Assembly (NCBI GenBank): GCA_036502965.1
Contig: DASXXT010000098.1
Location: 1 to 59,440 of the forward strand
Direction of reading: 5' to 3'
Length of the DNA: 59,440 bases
From: Roseiarcus sp.
GTDB taxonomy: Bacteria; Pseudomonadota; Alphaproteobacteria; Rhizobiales; Beijerinckiaceae
Shown: piece after piece, positions 43,043 through 51,745 of the stretch
Layout: every line of letters begins with the position of its first letter
How positions within the stretch are numbered: position 1 is the stretch's first letter
Translations under genes and position numbers: made by a program
Notes under the pieces: generated by a model
Database searches by the model: none
What the model was told of the DNA's origin: nothing
The model's input: only the letters and a program-made list of their open reading frames with translations

Positions 43043-44878
43043 ATGAACATAAAGCATCCCTTCATCGCTGAAGCGCTGACAGTCATCGCGTTGATTGCCG
43101 CGCCCTTTGTGCTACCGCACGTAGGCTTCTCGCTCACCACCATCAACCGCATCCTGATTTGGGGTTTGTTCGGGCTCGGTTTCGATCTCTTGTTCGGCTA
43201 CACTGGCCTTCTGTCGTTCGGTCAGTCGGCTTTCTTCGGCACGGGCGGGATGTTCGCCGCCTACCTGCTCACCGAAGCCGACTTTCCATATGTTCTGACT
43301 TCGATCGTTATCGGCGCCGCGGTCGCCGCCATCGTTGGCTATCTGGTCGGTTTGATCGCGCTCAGGCGCACCGGCATTTATTTCGCCATGATCACGGTGG
43401 CGATCGCGGAGGTGTTCTTTTTCGTCGAGTTCAATCCATTGTCCACCTTCACCGGCGGAGAGAATGGTTTGCCCGGCGTGCCCACACCGAGCTTCAACCT
43501 CGGCTTTACGAAGCTGAGCTTCGACACCGACCTGTCGATGTATGCTTTCCTGGCGTTCTGGTATTTCGTCGGCCTGGTCATTGCTCTGCGCATCGTGCGC
43601 TCGCCCGTGGGAGCGATCTTCAGGGCGTTGCGCGATAATCCGCTGCGCGCCTCGGCCCTCGGTCACAGCATTCATGGCTACAAGCTCACCGCCTTCGTAA
43701 TCGCAGCCGCCTACGCCGGCTTCGCCGGCGGTCTCCTCGCCATCCTGCAAGGCTTCATGCCGCCGGATGCTTTCATGTTTGACACGTCCGGGCAGCTCGT
43801 GATGCAGACCGCAATCGGAGGCGCAGGCACGCTGTTCGGGCCGCTGATCGGCGCCACGGTATGGCTCTATCTAAGCGACTTCCTCCAGAATGCGCTTCAT
43901 CTTGGCGCGACCTGGAAGCTCGTGCTCGGCGTCGTGTTCGTGCTGCTTGTCTGCTTCCTGAGGCGTGGAATCGTCGGCGCGGTCGTCGACCTCTATCGAC
44001 TGGCGGCGGGCCATAGGAAGACAACCGAGCCGGTTGAGACGAGTGTCGAGCCAATCGCGCCGCCTGCCGCGGCCAAAACAATGCTGGCGGACCGCCCCCC
44101 TGCCGAACGCGCGCCTGGACCGATTCTAGAGGCGGCGGGCTTGACCAAGCGCTATGGCGGCCTGGTGGCCAACAGCGATATCGATTTCGTCGTCAACCGT
44201 GGTGAATTGCGAGGCATTATCGGGCCGAACGGGGCAGGCAAGAGCACCTTCTTCAAGATGCTGACCTGCGAGACGGCGCCGACGTCAGGCAGGATCGTAT
44301 TCGAAGGCCGAGATATCACCGGGATGAGCGTCACCGACGTCTGCCAGCTCGGACTCACCAAGAGTTATCAGCTCAATCAGCTTTTCGAACGCCTGACAGT
44401 CAGGCAGAACCTCAGGGTCGCGGCGCTTGGCCAGATTCGCGGCAAGTTCAAGCTCGATCTGTTCCGCAGTCTACATGACGTTCCCGGCCTCGACGATCAG
44501 GTCGACCAGACGCTGGCGCTCGTCAATCTGACCGAGCGACCGGACACGCCGGTGTCGGAGCTTGCCTATGGCGAGAAGCGGCGACTCGAAATTGGGCTGG
44601 CGCTGGCCACCCTGCCAAGCCTGCTTCTGCTCGACGAGCCTCTTGCAGGCATGAGCCCGCGAGAGCGCGTCGAGACGGTCGCCCTGCTCAAATTGATTGC
44701 GCGCGGGCGCACGATGATCATCATTGATCATGACATGGACTCGCTGTTCGAGCTGGTTGAAAGGGTAACCGTGCTGCAGGAGGGCCGCGTGTTGGTGGAG
44801 GGCACGCCCGAAGAGATCAAAATCAATCCGAAGGTGCAGGAGGCCTATCTCGGCGGCGTTCACGGAGAGGCAGCGTGA
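43043..44878 (+). CDS. Fused LivM permease and LivG ATPase
   Basis: GYTGLLSFGQ and GIYFAMIT, then GPNGAGKST and LAYGEKRRLEI. Confidence 0.9.
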   Translation: MNIKHPFIAEALTVIALIAAPFVLPHVGFSLTTINRILIWGLFGLGFDLLFGYTGLLSFGQSAFFGTGGMFAAYLLTEADFPYVLTSIVIGAAVAAIVGYLVGLIALRRTGIYFAMITVAIAEVFFFVEFNPLSTFTGGENGLPGVPTPSFNLGFTKLSFDTDLSMYAFLAFWYFVGLVIALRIVRSPVGAIFRALRDNPLRASALGHSIHGYKLTAFVIAAAYAGFAGGLLAILQGFMPPDAFMFDTSGQLVMQTAIGGAGTLFGPLIGATVWLYLSDFLQNALHLGATWKLVLGVVFVLLVCFLRRGIVGAVVDLYRLAAGHRKTTEPVETSVEPIAPPAAAKTMLADRPPAERAPGPILEAAGLTKRYGGLVANSDIDFVVNRGELRGIIGPNGAGKSTFFKMLTCETAPTSGRIVFEGRDITGMSVTDVCQLGLTKSYQLNQLFERLTVRQNLRVAALGQIRGKFKLDLFRSLHDVPGLDDQVDQTLALVNLTERPDTPVSELAYGEKRRLEIGLALATLPSLLLLDEPLAGMSPRERVETVALLKLIARGRTMIIIDHDMDSLFELVERVTVLQEGRVLVEGTPEEIKINPKVQEAYLGGVHGEAA

Positions 44879-45573
44879 GCCTGCTCGAAGTCACGGGACT
44901 CAACGCCTATTACGGGGACAGCCACATCCTGTTCGACGTCTCGCTGCGGGTCGAGAAGCATGAGGCTGTGGCGCTTGTCGGCAGGAATGGAGCCGGCAAG
45001 AGCACCACGCTCAAGAGCCTGATGGGCATCGTCGCCCGACGCAATGGCAGCATCAAGCTCGATGGCGTCGAGCTCGTCGCTCAGAAGGCTCACACCATCG
45101 CGCGCCTCGGCATGCAGCTTGTGCACGAGGATCGGCGCATCTTTGGCAGCCTTAGCGTGGAAGAGAACATCATCCTCGCCGGGCTCACCGCCACGAACAA
45201 ATGGCCGCTCGAGCGCATTTACGCCATGTTCCCCCGCCTGAAGCAGCGCCGCGCTAGCCGCGGCACGGACCTTTCCGGAGGCGAACAGCAGATGTTGGCG
45301 ATTGCGCGCGCGCTGGTGCGCGATCCGAAGATCATCCTGCTCGACGAGCCTTTCGAGGGACTGGCTCCAATCATCGTCCAGGATCTGATGCATACATGCC
45401 GTGAGCTGGCGCGAAGCGGGCAGACCATCGTGCTGGTTGAACAAAATTTGGCCGCGACGCTCGCGCTGGCGGGGCGCGTTTACATCCTCAATAACGGCCA
45501 TATCGCCCATGAAGGCCCCGCCGCGGAGATCAAAGCGCAGCCCGGCCTTCTGCAGCGCTATCTAGGCGTCTAG
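44875..45573 (+). CDS. LivF-type ABC ATPase
   Basis: [17 protein letters not shown] and LVEQN. Confidence 0.92.
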   Translation: MSLLEVTGLNAYYGDSHILFDVSLRVEKHEAVALVGRNGAGKSTTLKSLMGIVARRNGSIKLDGVELVAQKAHTIARLGMQLVHEDRRIFGSLSVEENIILAGLTATNKWPLERIYAMFPRLKQRRASRGTDLSGGEQQMLAIARALVRDPKIILLDEPFEGLAPIIVQDLMHTCRELARSGQTIVLVEQNLAATLALAGRVYILNNGHIAHEGPAAEIKAQPGLLQRYLGV

Positions 45574-45614
45574 CTCCTCGACCGCGCGAAGCCAGGGGTT
45601 CGGCCCGGCGAGCC

Positions 45615-45740
45615 AACAAACGAAAGCAAAAGCAAATAAACGAAAATAAACGCAAGCTAAATTGCTTTCATTTACTTGCATTTATTTTTCCGAATCGGGA
45701 CTTTTCAATGGGTTACAGCCGATTCAAATAAAAAAATTCT
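45615..45740. repeat. AT-rich dispersed repeat, copy B
   Basis: A-rich then T-rich arms (AAAGCAA...TTGCTTT) followed by core CGAATCGGGACTTTTCAATGGGTTAC, shared with 5048-5073. Confidence 0.7.
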
Positions 45741-45844
45741 CCCTTCGCTTTGCTGCTGCGGGTCCCGGCGAGGCGCGTGTTCGATCCGGTGACTGCGAAG
45801 GGTATAACACCGACTTCCGCGTTTGGCAAGAAAATGCACGCTTT

Positions 45845-46000
45845 GGCGTCGTCGCCGGGCTTGTCCCGATCATCCACGCCGCCCCGCCTGAAAGACGAGT
45901 CAGGCCATCGCCTCGGCCGACGGCTGCGTTCTGCAGATTGCTTGTGCCCATTCGATACGGGAATCGCGTGGATGGCCGAGTCAAGCCCGGCCACGACGCC
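45845..46000. repeat. REP/RIME-like inverted repeat pair
   Basis: GGCGTCGTCGCCGGGCTTGTCCCGATCATCCACGC (45845-45879) pairs imperfectly with GCGTGGATGGCCGAGTCAAGCCCGGCCACGACGCC (45966-46000), matching the common alphaproteobacterial GCCGGGCTTGACCCGGCCATCCACG REP type. Confidence 0.8.
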
Positions 46001-46183
46001 TTGGGTCGCGACGACAGCCTGGCGAGGCACATTGCCCCCAGTCAGCGCGTTTTGCGCTTGCACGTGTGCGCAGACTGTGCAGCAATCGCCATTGTGGGCA
46101 GGGAGACCAGTGGACCTGTGATAGAACCAGCGACACTCTCTGGTCTGCGGTTCGGCGACAGCATACTCGCCGCGGAGCAAGCA

Positions 46184-47113
46184 ATGCCGCTCGCCTCCAA
46201 GCGTCAAGCGAGCGACGGCTCGGCGCTATGGTGGGGCGGCGCCGATACGCCCGGGCCGTCACAAATCGTCGCTCCCGGCGCTCAAGCGCCTGTTTTGGTG
46301 GCCGTCTCGCCGCTGCGGCCGGGTCACAGCGTTGCCCTGGAATACCGCGTCAACCGAGGCCCCGTCCGCGAAGCCATTGGCGTGCTCGAGCCGCGCATCC
46401 ACGACGCCAAAGCACGGATTTTTCGAGCGGTTGTGCCGGGGCAATCGGATGGGCTGGTCGAGTTCCTGCCGGTGCTTCGTTTCGCAGGTCAGCCGATTTC
46501 TGCCCGTCTCTCGGAGTTGGAACAATGTCCGCGGTATCAGGTGGGTTGCGGCGCCGCGCCAGTTACGACCTCAGACTTGCCGCCCGGGACCGCGCCTAGG
46601 TTAGCTGACGAGTCTCGCTGGCGGTGGCACGCGAAATTCCTTGGCGCCTGCACGATCCAGCTGCGCAAGGAAGTGGTCGGTGTCGTGCCGGAAGGCTTCC
46701 GGATCATCTGGCACTTTGAGGAGGCGCGCTTCGTCGGACCGGTTCTCGAAGGGCGTTTCCTGCCCGGCGCCGCCGACTGGATGCACATCCGCCCGGATGG
46801 CGTCGCAATCGTCCAGGTCCAGGGGTGCATCGAGACGCGTTCCGGCGCGCGCATCTACACTTCCTATGGCGGCAGCCTCGAGCTGGGCCGAGACGGCTAC
46901 GCCCGGGCGCTGCGCGGCGAGTTCGATTCGTGGCCGCCGTTCGTGTGCGCGCCGACCTATGCGACGGCCGACAAGGACCTCGATTGGCTTAATCGCGCGC
47001 AGTGCCTCATTGTCGGCAGGGTGGACATGAAGGCGCTCAGGGTCGAGTCTGACGCCTACTTCATCGAGGTTGGGGGACGAAAAAATTCGCATGAGCGCCA
47101 GCACGGGCGTTGA
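46184..47113 (+). CDS. Two-domain protein: unknown N-terminal beta domain plus C-terminal DUF3237 (UPF0311) beta-barrel
   Basis: ATG 46184 with GGAG RBS; C-terminal VGVVPEGFR, GRFLPGAADW..IRPDG, IETRSGARIY..YGG and PTYATAD..LDWLN. Confidence 0.8.
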   Translation: MPLASKRQASDGSALWWGGADTPGPSQIVAPGAQAPVLVAVSPLRPGHSVALEYRVNRGPVREAIGVLEPRIHDAKARIFRAVVPGQSDGLVEFLPVLRFAGQPISARLSELEQCPRYQVGCGAAPVTTSDLPPGTAPRLADESRWRWHAKFLGACTIQLRKEVVGVVPEGFRIIWHFEEARFVGPVLEGRFLPGAADWMHIRPDGVAIVQVQGCIETRSGARIYTSYGGSLELGRDGYARALRGEFDSWPPFVCAPTYATADKDLDWLNRAQCLIVGRVDMKALRVESDAYFIEVGGRKNSHERQHGR

Positions 47114-47217
47114 GGCTGGATCCGCTAGGAGCCGAGTTTCATTGTGCTTCAGATGAAGAGCATTCCGTTTCCGTTTTGAAATGAACCTTAGGGCAACTTA
47201 ACCGGAGGGGCGCCGAG

Positions 47218-48147
47218 ATGCCGAACGACCCGCAAGTCCCGTGGACCGACGAGCAGTGGGCCCGCGTCAACCAGGTTGTCCAGGAGGAAGCGAAGCGGGC
47301 CCGCGTCGCTGCGACCTTCCTGCCGTTATACGGACCGCTTGAGGCGGATGCTGATTACGTGCGGGATCAGGGCATTACGTATCCATTCATCGCTGGTGTT
47401 CCACCCCAGCAGTTGGCGATCGATGACAGGGACACGATGAGGCTTGCGACGTTGCAGGTGCCCGTGCCCGTGCGCAACGCACAGATGGCCGATCCCGAGA
47501 TGACCAGCGCGCTGGCGGTGTTTCGCCGCGCCGCCAATGTGCTCGCTCGCCTCGAGGACGCCGTGGTCTTCAGGGGACTGGCGCCGGATCCCGCCAATCC
47601 GGGCGGATTCGCGCCTCCAGCAGGGATCGGCGGTCTGCCAGGCATCTGGGGGATTACGGGCGCGCTGGACGCCCAAGGAATTTGGAGACTACTACCTCCT
47701 CTTCCTCCTCCCGGCCGGGCGATTGTCATTCCGGCAATGCCGATCGTGGGGAGAAGCGAGCGGCTCGTTACCGCAATATCCGACGCCATAGGCCGACTGG
47801 AGGGGAACGGACACTTCGGACCGTTCGCCGCGGTGCTTGGTCAACAGCTGTTTCTTGTCGCGCAGACTCCGGACCCGGGTTCGCTCGTGCTGCCGCAGGA
47901 CCGCATCATCCCGTTCCTCGGCGGCGGTCCGCTGCTCCGTTCCTCAACGCTCGACGAGTTCAGAGGGTTCACCGGCGTGGTCATAGCGCTTGGCGGCGCG
48001 CCGATCGAGCTCGTCGTCGCGACGGACATGTGCCTCCAGTTCCTCCAGGTTACAGCCCAGCCGGCATTCCTGTTCCGGGTGTCCGAGAAGATCGCGCTTC
48101 GCATCAAGGAGCCTGCCGCGATCGTCCAACTCTATATGCTGCCATAG
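47218..48147 (+). CDS. Family 1 encapsulin nanocompartment shell protein (Linocin M18 / HK97 fold)
   Basis: WTDEQWARVNQVVQEEA..ARVAATFLPLYGPL, AANVLARLEDAVVFRG, AISDAIGRLE.NGHFGPFAAVLG, GGAPIELVVATD and FRVSEKIALRIKEPAAIVQL are colinear with known Family 1 shells; strong GGAGG RBS. Confidence 0.88.
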   Translation: MPNDPQVPWTDEQWARVNQVVQEEAKRARVAATFLPLYGPLEADADYVRDQGITYPFIAGVPPQQLAIDDRDTMRLATLQVPVPVRNAQMADPEMTSALAVFRRAANVLARLEDAVVFRGLAPDPANPGGFAPPAGIGGLPGIWGITGALDAQGIWRLLPPLPPPGRAIVIPAMPIVGRSERLVTAISDAIGRLEGNGHFGPFAAVLGQQLFLVAQTPDPGSLVLPQDRIIPFLGGGPLLRSSTLDEFRGFTGVVIALGGAPIELVVATDMCLQFLQVTAQPAFLFRVSEKIALRIKEPAAIVQLYMLP

Positions 48148-48273
48148 GACTTCCCGGATCAGGCACAAAGCCGCGCCGATCAGGAGTGGCGACAAAGACC
48201 TGTAAGGCAATTGCGAACGCGCGCCCTGCGACCATCGTCACAGCGTCAGTCGCAAAAAAAGGAGTGCATAGGA

Positions 48274-48561
48274 ATGGCAAAGTATATCGAATTTAGCATC
48301 TCCCGCGACGATTTGCCTCAAGCGCACCCCGAATTCCCCTTACGCCAAGTCGGCTTAGACGAGAAGGACTTTGACCTCAGGAACGCAAAAGTGTGGGCCG
48401 ACGACGCATCCGTGGAGGTGACGGTACGAGAAAAAGATCGGCTCGTCGTGAAAGTTCCGCTCGCGAGCGGCAAGCCGCGGACAATTGCAGTGACCACCCA
48501 GAACGGAAAGCTCATCGGAATTCTGGAAGGGGATAAAATACCGGTGGGCAAAGAAACGTAG
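48274..48561 (+). CDS. Small hypothetical protein (95 aa), possibly an IPT/TIG-like Ig fold
   Basis: AAGGAG RBS, start MAKYIEF; beta-strand pattern V.V....DRLVVKVP...G..TIAVTTQNG. Confidence 0.65.
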   Translation: MAKYIEFSISRDDLPQAHPEFPLRQVGLDEKDFDLRNAKVWADDASVEVTVREKDRLVVKVPLASGKPRTIAVTTQNGKLIGILEGDKIPVGKET

Positions 48562-48612
48562 CGCAAGGACCATCAAATGGTCAGGGGACCGAAGCCCAGC
48601 GCGCCATGACAC

Positions 48613-51573
48613 ATGCCGACTAAGGTCATCGTACTAGGCGGCGGCGTCGGGGGCATGAGCGCCGCGCACGAGCTGGTCGAGCGCGGCTTCGAGGTTGTTG
48701 TGCTCGAGCGCAGCGACTTAGCGGGCGGCAAGGCCCGCAGCATTCCCGTGGTCGATGTCGGCGAGGACACGAGCGGACATCAGCTCGCCAGTGGCGCCGT
48801 GGGGCCCATCGAGCACCGGTTGCCCGGCGAACATGGATTTCGATTCTTCCCGGGTTTCTACAAGCACGTCGTCGACACAATGCGCCGAACGCCGTCGTTT
48901 GATGGACGACAGGTTGCGGACCATCTGACACCGACCACGCGGGTCGGGATCACTCAGTACGTGAAGCCCGACTTCGTAACGCCGGCGGTCTTTCCGCTCA
49001 CGCCCGGTGACGCCGGCGCTCTGCTGCGCGACATTCTGCTGGCGTTCGACCCCAACACGGATCTCACGCCAGACGACCTCGCTTTCTTTGGGGCGCGCGT
49101 CTGGCAAATCCTGACCTCGTGTAACGAGCGCCGGCTTGGAGAGTACGAGAGGATAAGCTGGTGGGACTTCATCGGGGCTGAGGGCCGCTCAGCGGTCTAC
49201 CAGAAATTCCTCGCAGTAGGCATCACACGCTCGCTGGTCGCCGCCAAGGCGCGCAAGGCCAGCACGCGCACGATCGGCGATGTTTTCGTGCAGCTCATGC
49301 TGACCATCATGAATCCGACCGCGGGATCGACCGACCGGGTGCTGGACGGCCCGACCAATCTCGTCTGGATCGACCCATGGCTTGCCTATCTCGAATCGCG
49401 CGGCGTGCGATACGTCAAGGGCGCTCAGATCGAGGAGATTCTCTGCACTAACGGACGAATTGCCGGCGTCGTCGTCGACCAGCAGGGGAAGCGAGCCGTC
49501 GCGACCGGCGACTTCTACGTGGCAGCGCTGCCGATCGAGAGAATGGCCCTTTTGATGAACGCCAGCATGTTGGCAAGCGACCCCACGCTCGCCAACTTGC
49601 GCACGCTCGCCGCCAATGTGGAGTGGATGAACGGCGTCCAGTTCTATTTGCACCGCAACCTGCCAACCACGCATGGGCACGTGATTCACATCGACACGGA
49701 ATGGGCTCTGACCAGCATCTCTCAGCTCCAGTTCTGGCATGATGTGCCGCCCGAGTTCTTCCGGGACAGCGAAGTTCATAGCGTCTTGTCGGTCGACGTT
49801 TCGGACTGGACCGCTCCGGGATCGACCGGGCGCGCCGCGATCGACTGCTCGCGTGAAGAGGTAGTGCGCGAGACATGGAGTCAGCTCAAGCGCTCCATGA
49901 ACTCCGGCGAGGAATTGCTGCGCGAGGATGATCTGCACTCATGGTTCCTCGACCCGGACATCAGCAGCGATCCCGCGACCCCGGATCACCTCACCAATGG
50001 CGAACCGCTGCTCGTCAACCTCGTCGGCACATGGGCGTTACGTCCAGAAGCGACCACAGGCATTCCGAACCTGTTTCTCGCGTCGGACTACGTGCGCACG
50101 TACACTGACCTCGCGACCATGGAGGGCGCCAATGAGGCGGCGCGCCGCGCGGTCAATGGACTGCTCGACGCCGTAGGCTTCGCCGGCAGCCGCTGCGAAT
50201 TGTGGCCTCTGCACGAGCCTGAAATCCTCCAGCCGTGGCGACTCTACGACGCAGCGCGATACCAAGCGGGCCTACCTTGGGACAATTCCCTTGTGCAGGT
50301 GGCCGCCCATGCCATACGCGGCGCCTCGCCGCTCCTTGAAGGGGCGCGGCCGTTATTTGAACGCATCGCTCCATTCGTGAAGAGCGCCGCCAGCGTCCTC
50401 GAGCTCAGCGATCGAGCCGTTCCGAACGTGCGCGAACTGAGCGCGGCCGACCCAGTCGAGATACGCCGGTTCGCTGGTTTGTCTGCGCCCCAGGCCGCGA
50501 TGCTGAAGATCGCCGAGCCCCTGTCCGGCGCCAGCGATATCCTCGGGCCAGCGGGCTTTCTCGAGCGCCTGAGCTGGTACCGCGAGATGCTGAGCGACAC
50601 GCTTGCAGAGGGAATTCCGAGTTGGGAGCCGCAGCGGCACCTTTACGGGCTCGTGAGAGATTTTCTTGAGCGATCGGGGAAGGGTCTACGCCCTGCCCTT
50701 TGCATCGCGACCGCGAGAGCGTTAGGCGGGCGAACGGAGGATGCGCTTCCGGCCGCCGCCGGCCTGGAAATGCTGCACAATGGGTTTCTCGTCCACGATG
50801 ACATAGAGGACGGCAGCGATTGGCGACGCGGCGTCGCCACGATGCATCGCAGCGCGGGAATTCCAATTGCCCTGAACGCCGGCGATTCCATGAACGCGCT
50901 CGCCATGCGCCTTTTTCGCAAGACCGGCGAGCGAGTGGGACCGGTGGCCGGGATCCGGATCTTCGAGGAAGTTGATCACCTGGTCGTCGAGACCCTCGAA
51001 GGGCAGGCCATAGAGCTCGGCTGGGTGCGAGACAACGATCTCACGGTCACGACGGACGACTATCTTCGTCTCGTGCTGAAGAAGACCGCTTGGTACAGCT
51101 TCATTCACCCGCTGCGAATCGGCGCCCTTCTCGCCAATGGCGACGATCGGACTCTGGACCGGTTCGATCGCTTCGGCTACCTGCTCGGGGCGGCGTTCCA
51201 GATCACCGACGACGTCTTGAACCTCAACGGGAACGTTGCGCGATACGGCAAGGAGATCAACGGGGATCTCTGGGAGGGCAAACGCACCCTTCTGCTCACC
51301 CATGCCTTTGGCCAAGCGAACAGCGCGGACCAAGCGTGGATAAGGAATTTTCTGGCGAGGCCGCGCGCGCGCCGCCTACCGCGCGAGGTGCTGCGGCTGC
51401 ACGATATCATCGCAAGCCACGGGAGCATCGAATGGGCGCGTCAATCGGCGAACGCATTTGCTGAAGCCGCGGCGCGCGAGTTCGACGCCTCAGCATTCGT
51501 TGGAGCGCCCGCGAGTCCCGACCTCGACTGGCTTCGCGCTTGCGTCGACTACCTCGTGCGGCGCGACTCGTAG
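48613..51573 (+). CDS. Fusion of an FAD-dependent oxidoreductase (phytoene/zeta-carotene desaturase/HpnE-like) and a trans-polyprenyl diphosphate synthase
   Basis: N-terminal GGGVGG..AA.EL, GGKARS, EHGFRFF and NLFLASDY...ATMEGA; C-terminal GKGLRP, FARM HDDIEDGS..RRG, GQAIEL, KKT, SARM FQITDDVLN and GDLWEGKRT. Confidence 0.9.
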   Translation: MPTKVIVLGGGVGGMSAAHELVERGFEVVVLERSDLAGGKARSIPVVDVGEDTSGHQLASGAVGPIEHRLPGEHGFRFFPGFYKHVVDTMRRTPSFDGRQVADHLTPTTRVGITQYVKPDFVTPAVFPLTPGDAGALLRDILLAFDPNTDLTPDDLAFFGARVWQILTSCNERRLGEYERISWWDFIGAEGRSAVYQKFLAVGITRSLVAAKARKASTRTIGDVFVQLMLTIMNPTAGSTDRVLDGPTNLVWIDPWLAYLESRGVRYVKGAQIEEILCTNGRIAGVVVDQQGKRAVATGDFYVAALPIERMALLMNASMLASDPTLANLRTLAANVEWMNGVQFYLHRNLPTTHGHVIHIDTEWALTSISQLQFWHDVPPEFFRDSEVHSVLSVDVSDWTAPGSTGRAAIDCSREEVVRETWSQLKRSMNSGEELLREDDLHSWFLDPDISSDPATPDHLTNGEPLLVNLVGTWALRPEATTGIPNLFLASDYVRTYTDLATMEGANEAARRAVNGLLDAVGFAGSRCELWPLHEPEILQPWRLYDAARYQAGLPWDNSLVQVAAHAIRGASPLLEGARPLFERIAPFVKSAASVLELSDRAVPNVRELSAADPVEIRRFAGLSAPQAAMLKIAEPLSGASDILGPAGFLERLSWYREMLSDTLAEGIPSWEPQRHLYGLVRDFLERSGKGLRPALCIATARALGGRTEDALPAAAGLEMLHNGFLVHDDIEDGSDWRRGVATMHRSAGIPIALNAGDSMNALAMRLFRKTGERVGPVAGIRIFEEVDHLVVETLEGQAIELGWVRDNDLTVTTDDYLRLVLKKTAWYSFIHPLRIGALLANGDDRTLDRFDRFGYLLGAAFQITDDVLNLNGNVARYGKEINGDLWEGKRTLLLTHAFGQANSADQAWIRNFLARPRARRLPREVLRLHDIIASHGSIEWARQSANAFAEAAAREFDASAFVGAPASPDLDWLRACVDYLVRRDS

Positions 51574-51745
51574 TGGGGAATTGTGCGCATTGAGCGGTGT
51601 GATAATACTGTGTTTTTGTACCCGATCAGTCCGGTTGAAACATCGGTGTCTAATGGATTTCGACGGGGCGTCGGAGCGTTACCTCGAGCAGGTTGCGCCG
51701 GAAGGGCCTAAGTAAGGGGAGAGCCCCCAAGCTACGGAGAGCCGG

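Noticed and set aside
45662-46183. N-terminal 174 aa of the 483-aa ORF
   Set aside because: It translates repeat DNA (dispersed core and REP pair); ATG 46184 has a better RBS.
47218-48147. Prophage major capsid protein
   Set aside because: No terminase, portal, protease or tail genes nearby; motifs and length fit a Family 1 encapsulin.
48613-51573. Standard carotenoid or hopanoid cluster
   Set aside because: No crtB/hpnC/hpnD, cyclase or other crt/hpn genes in the window.
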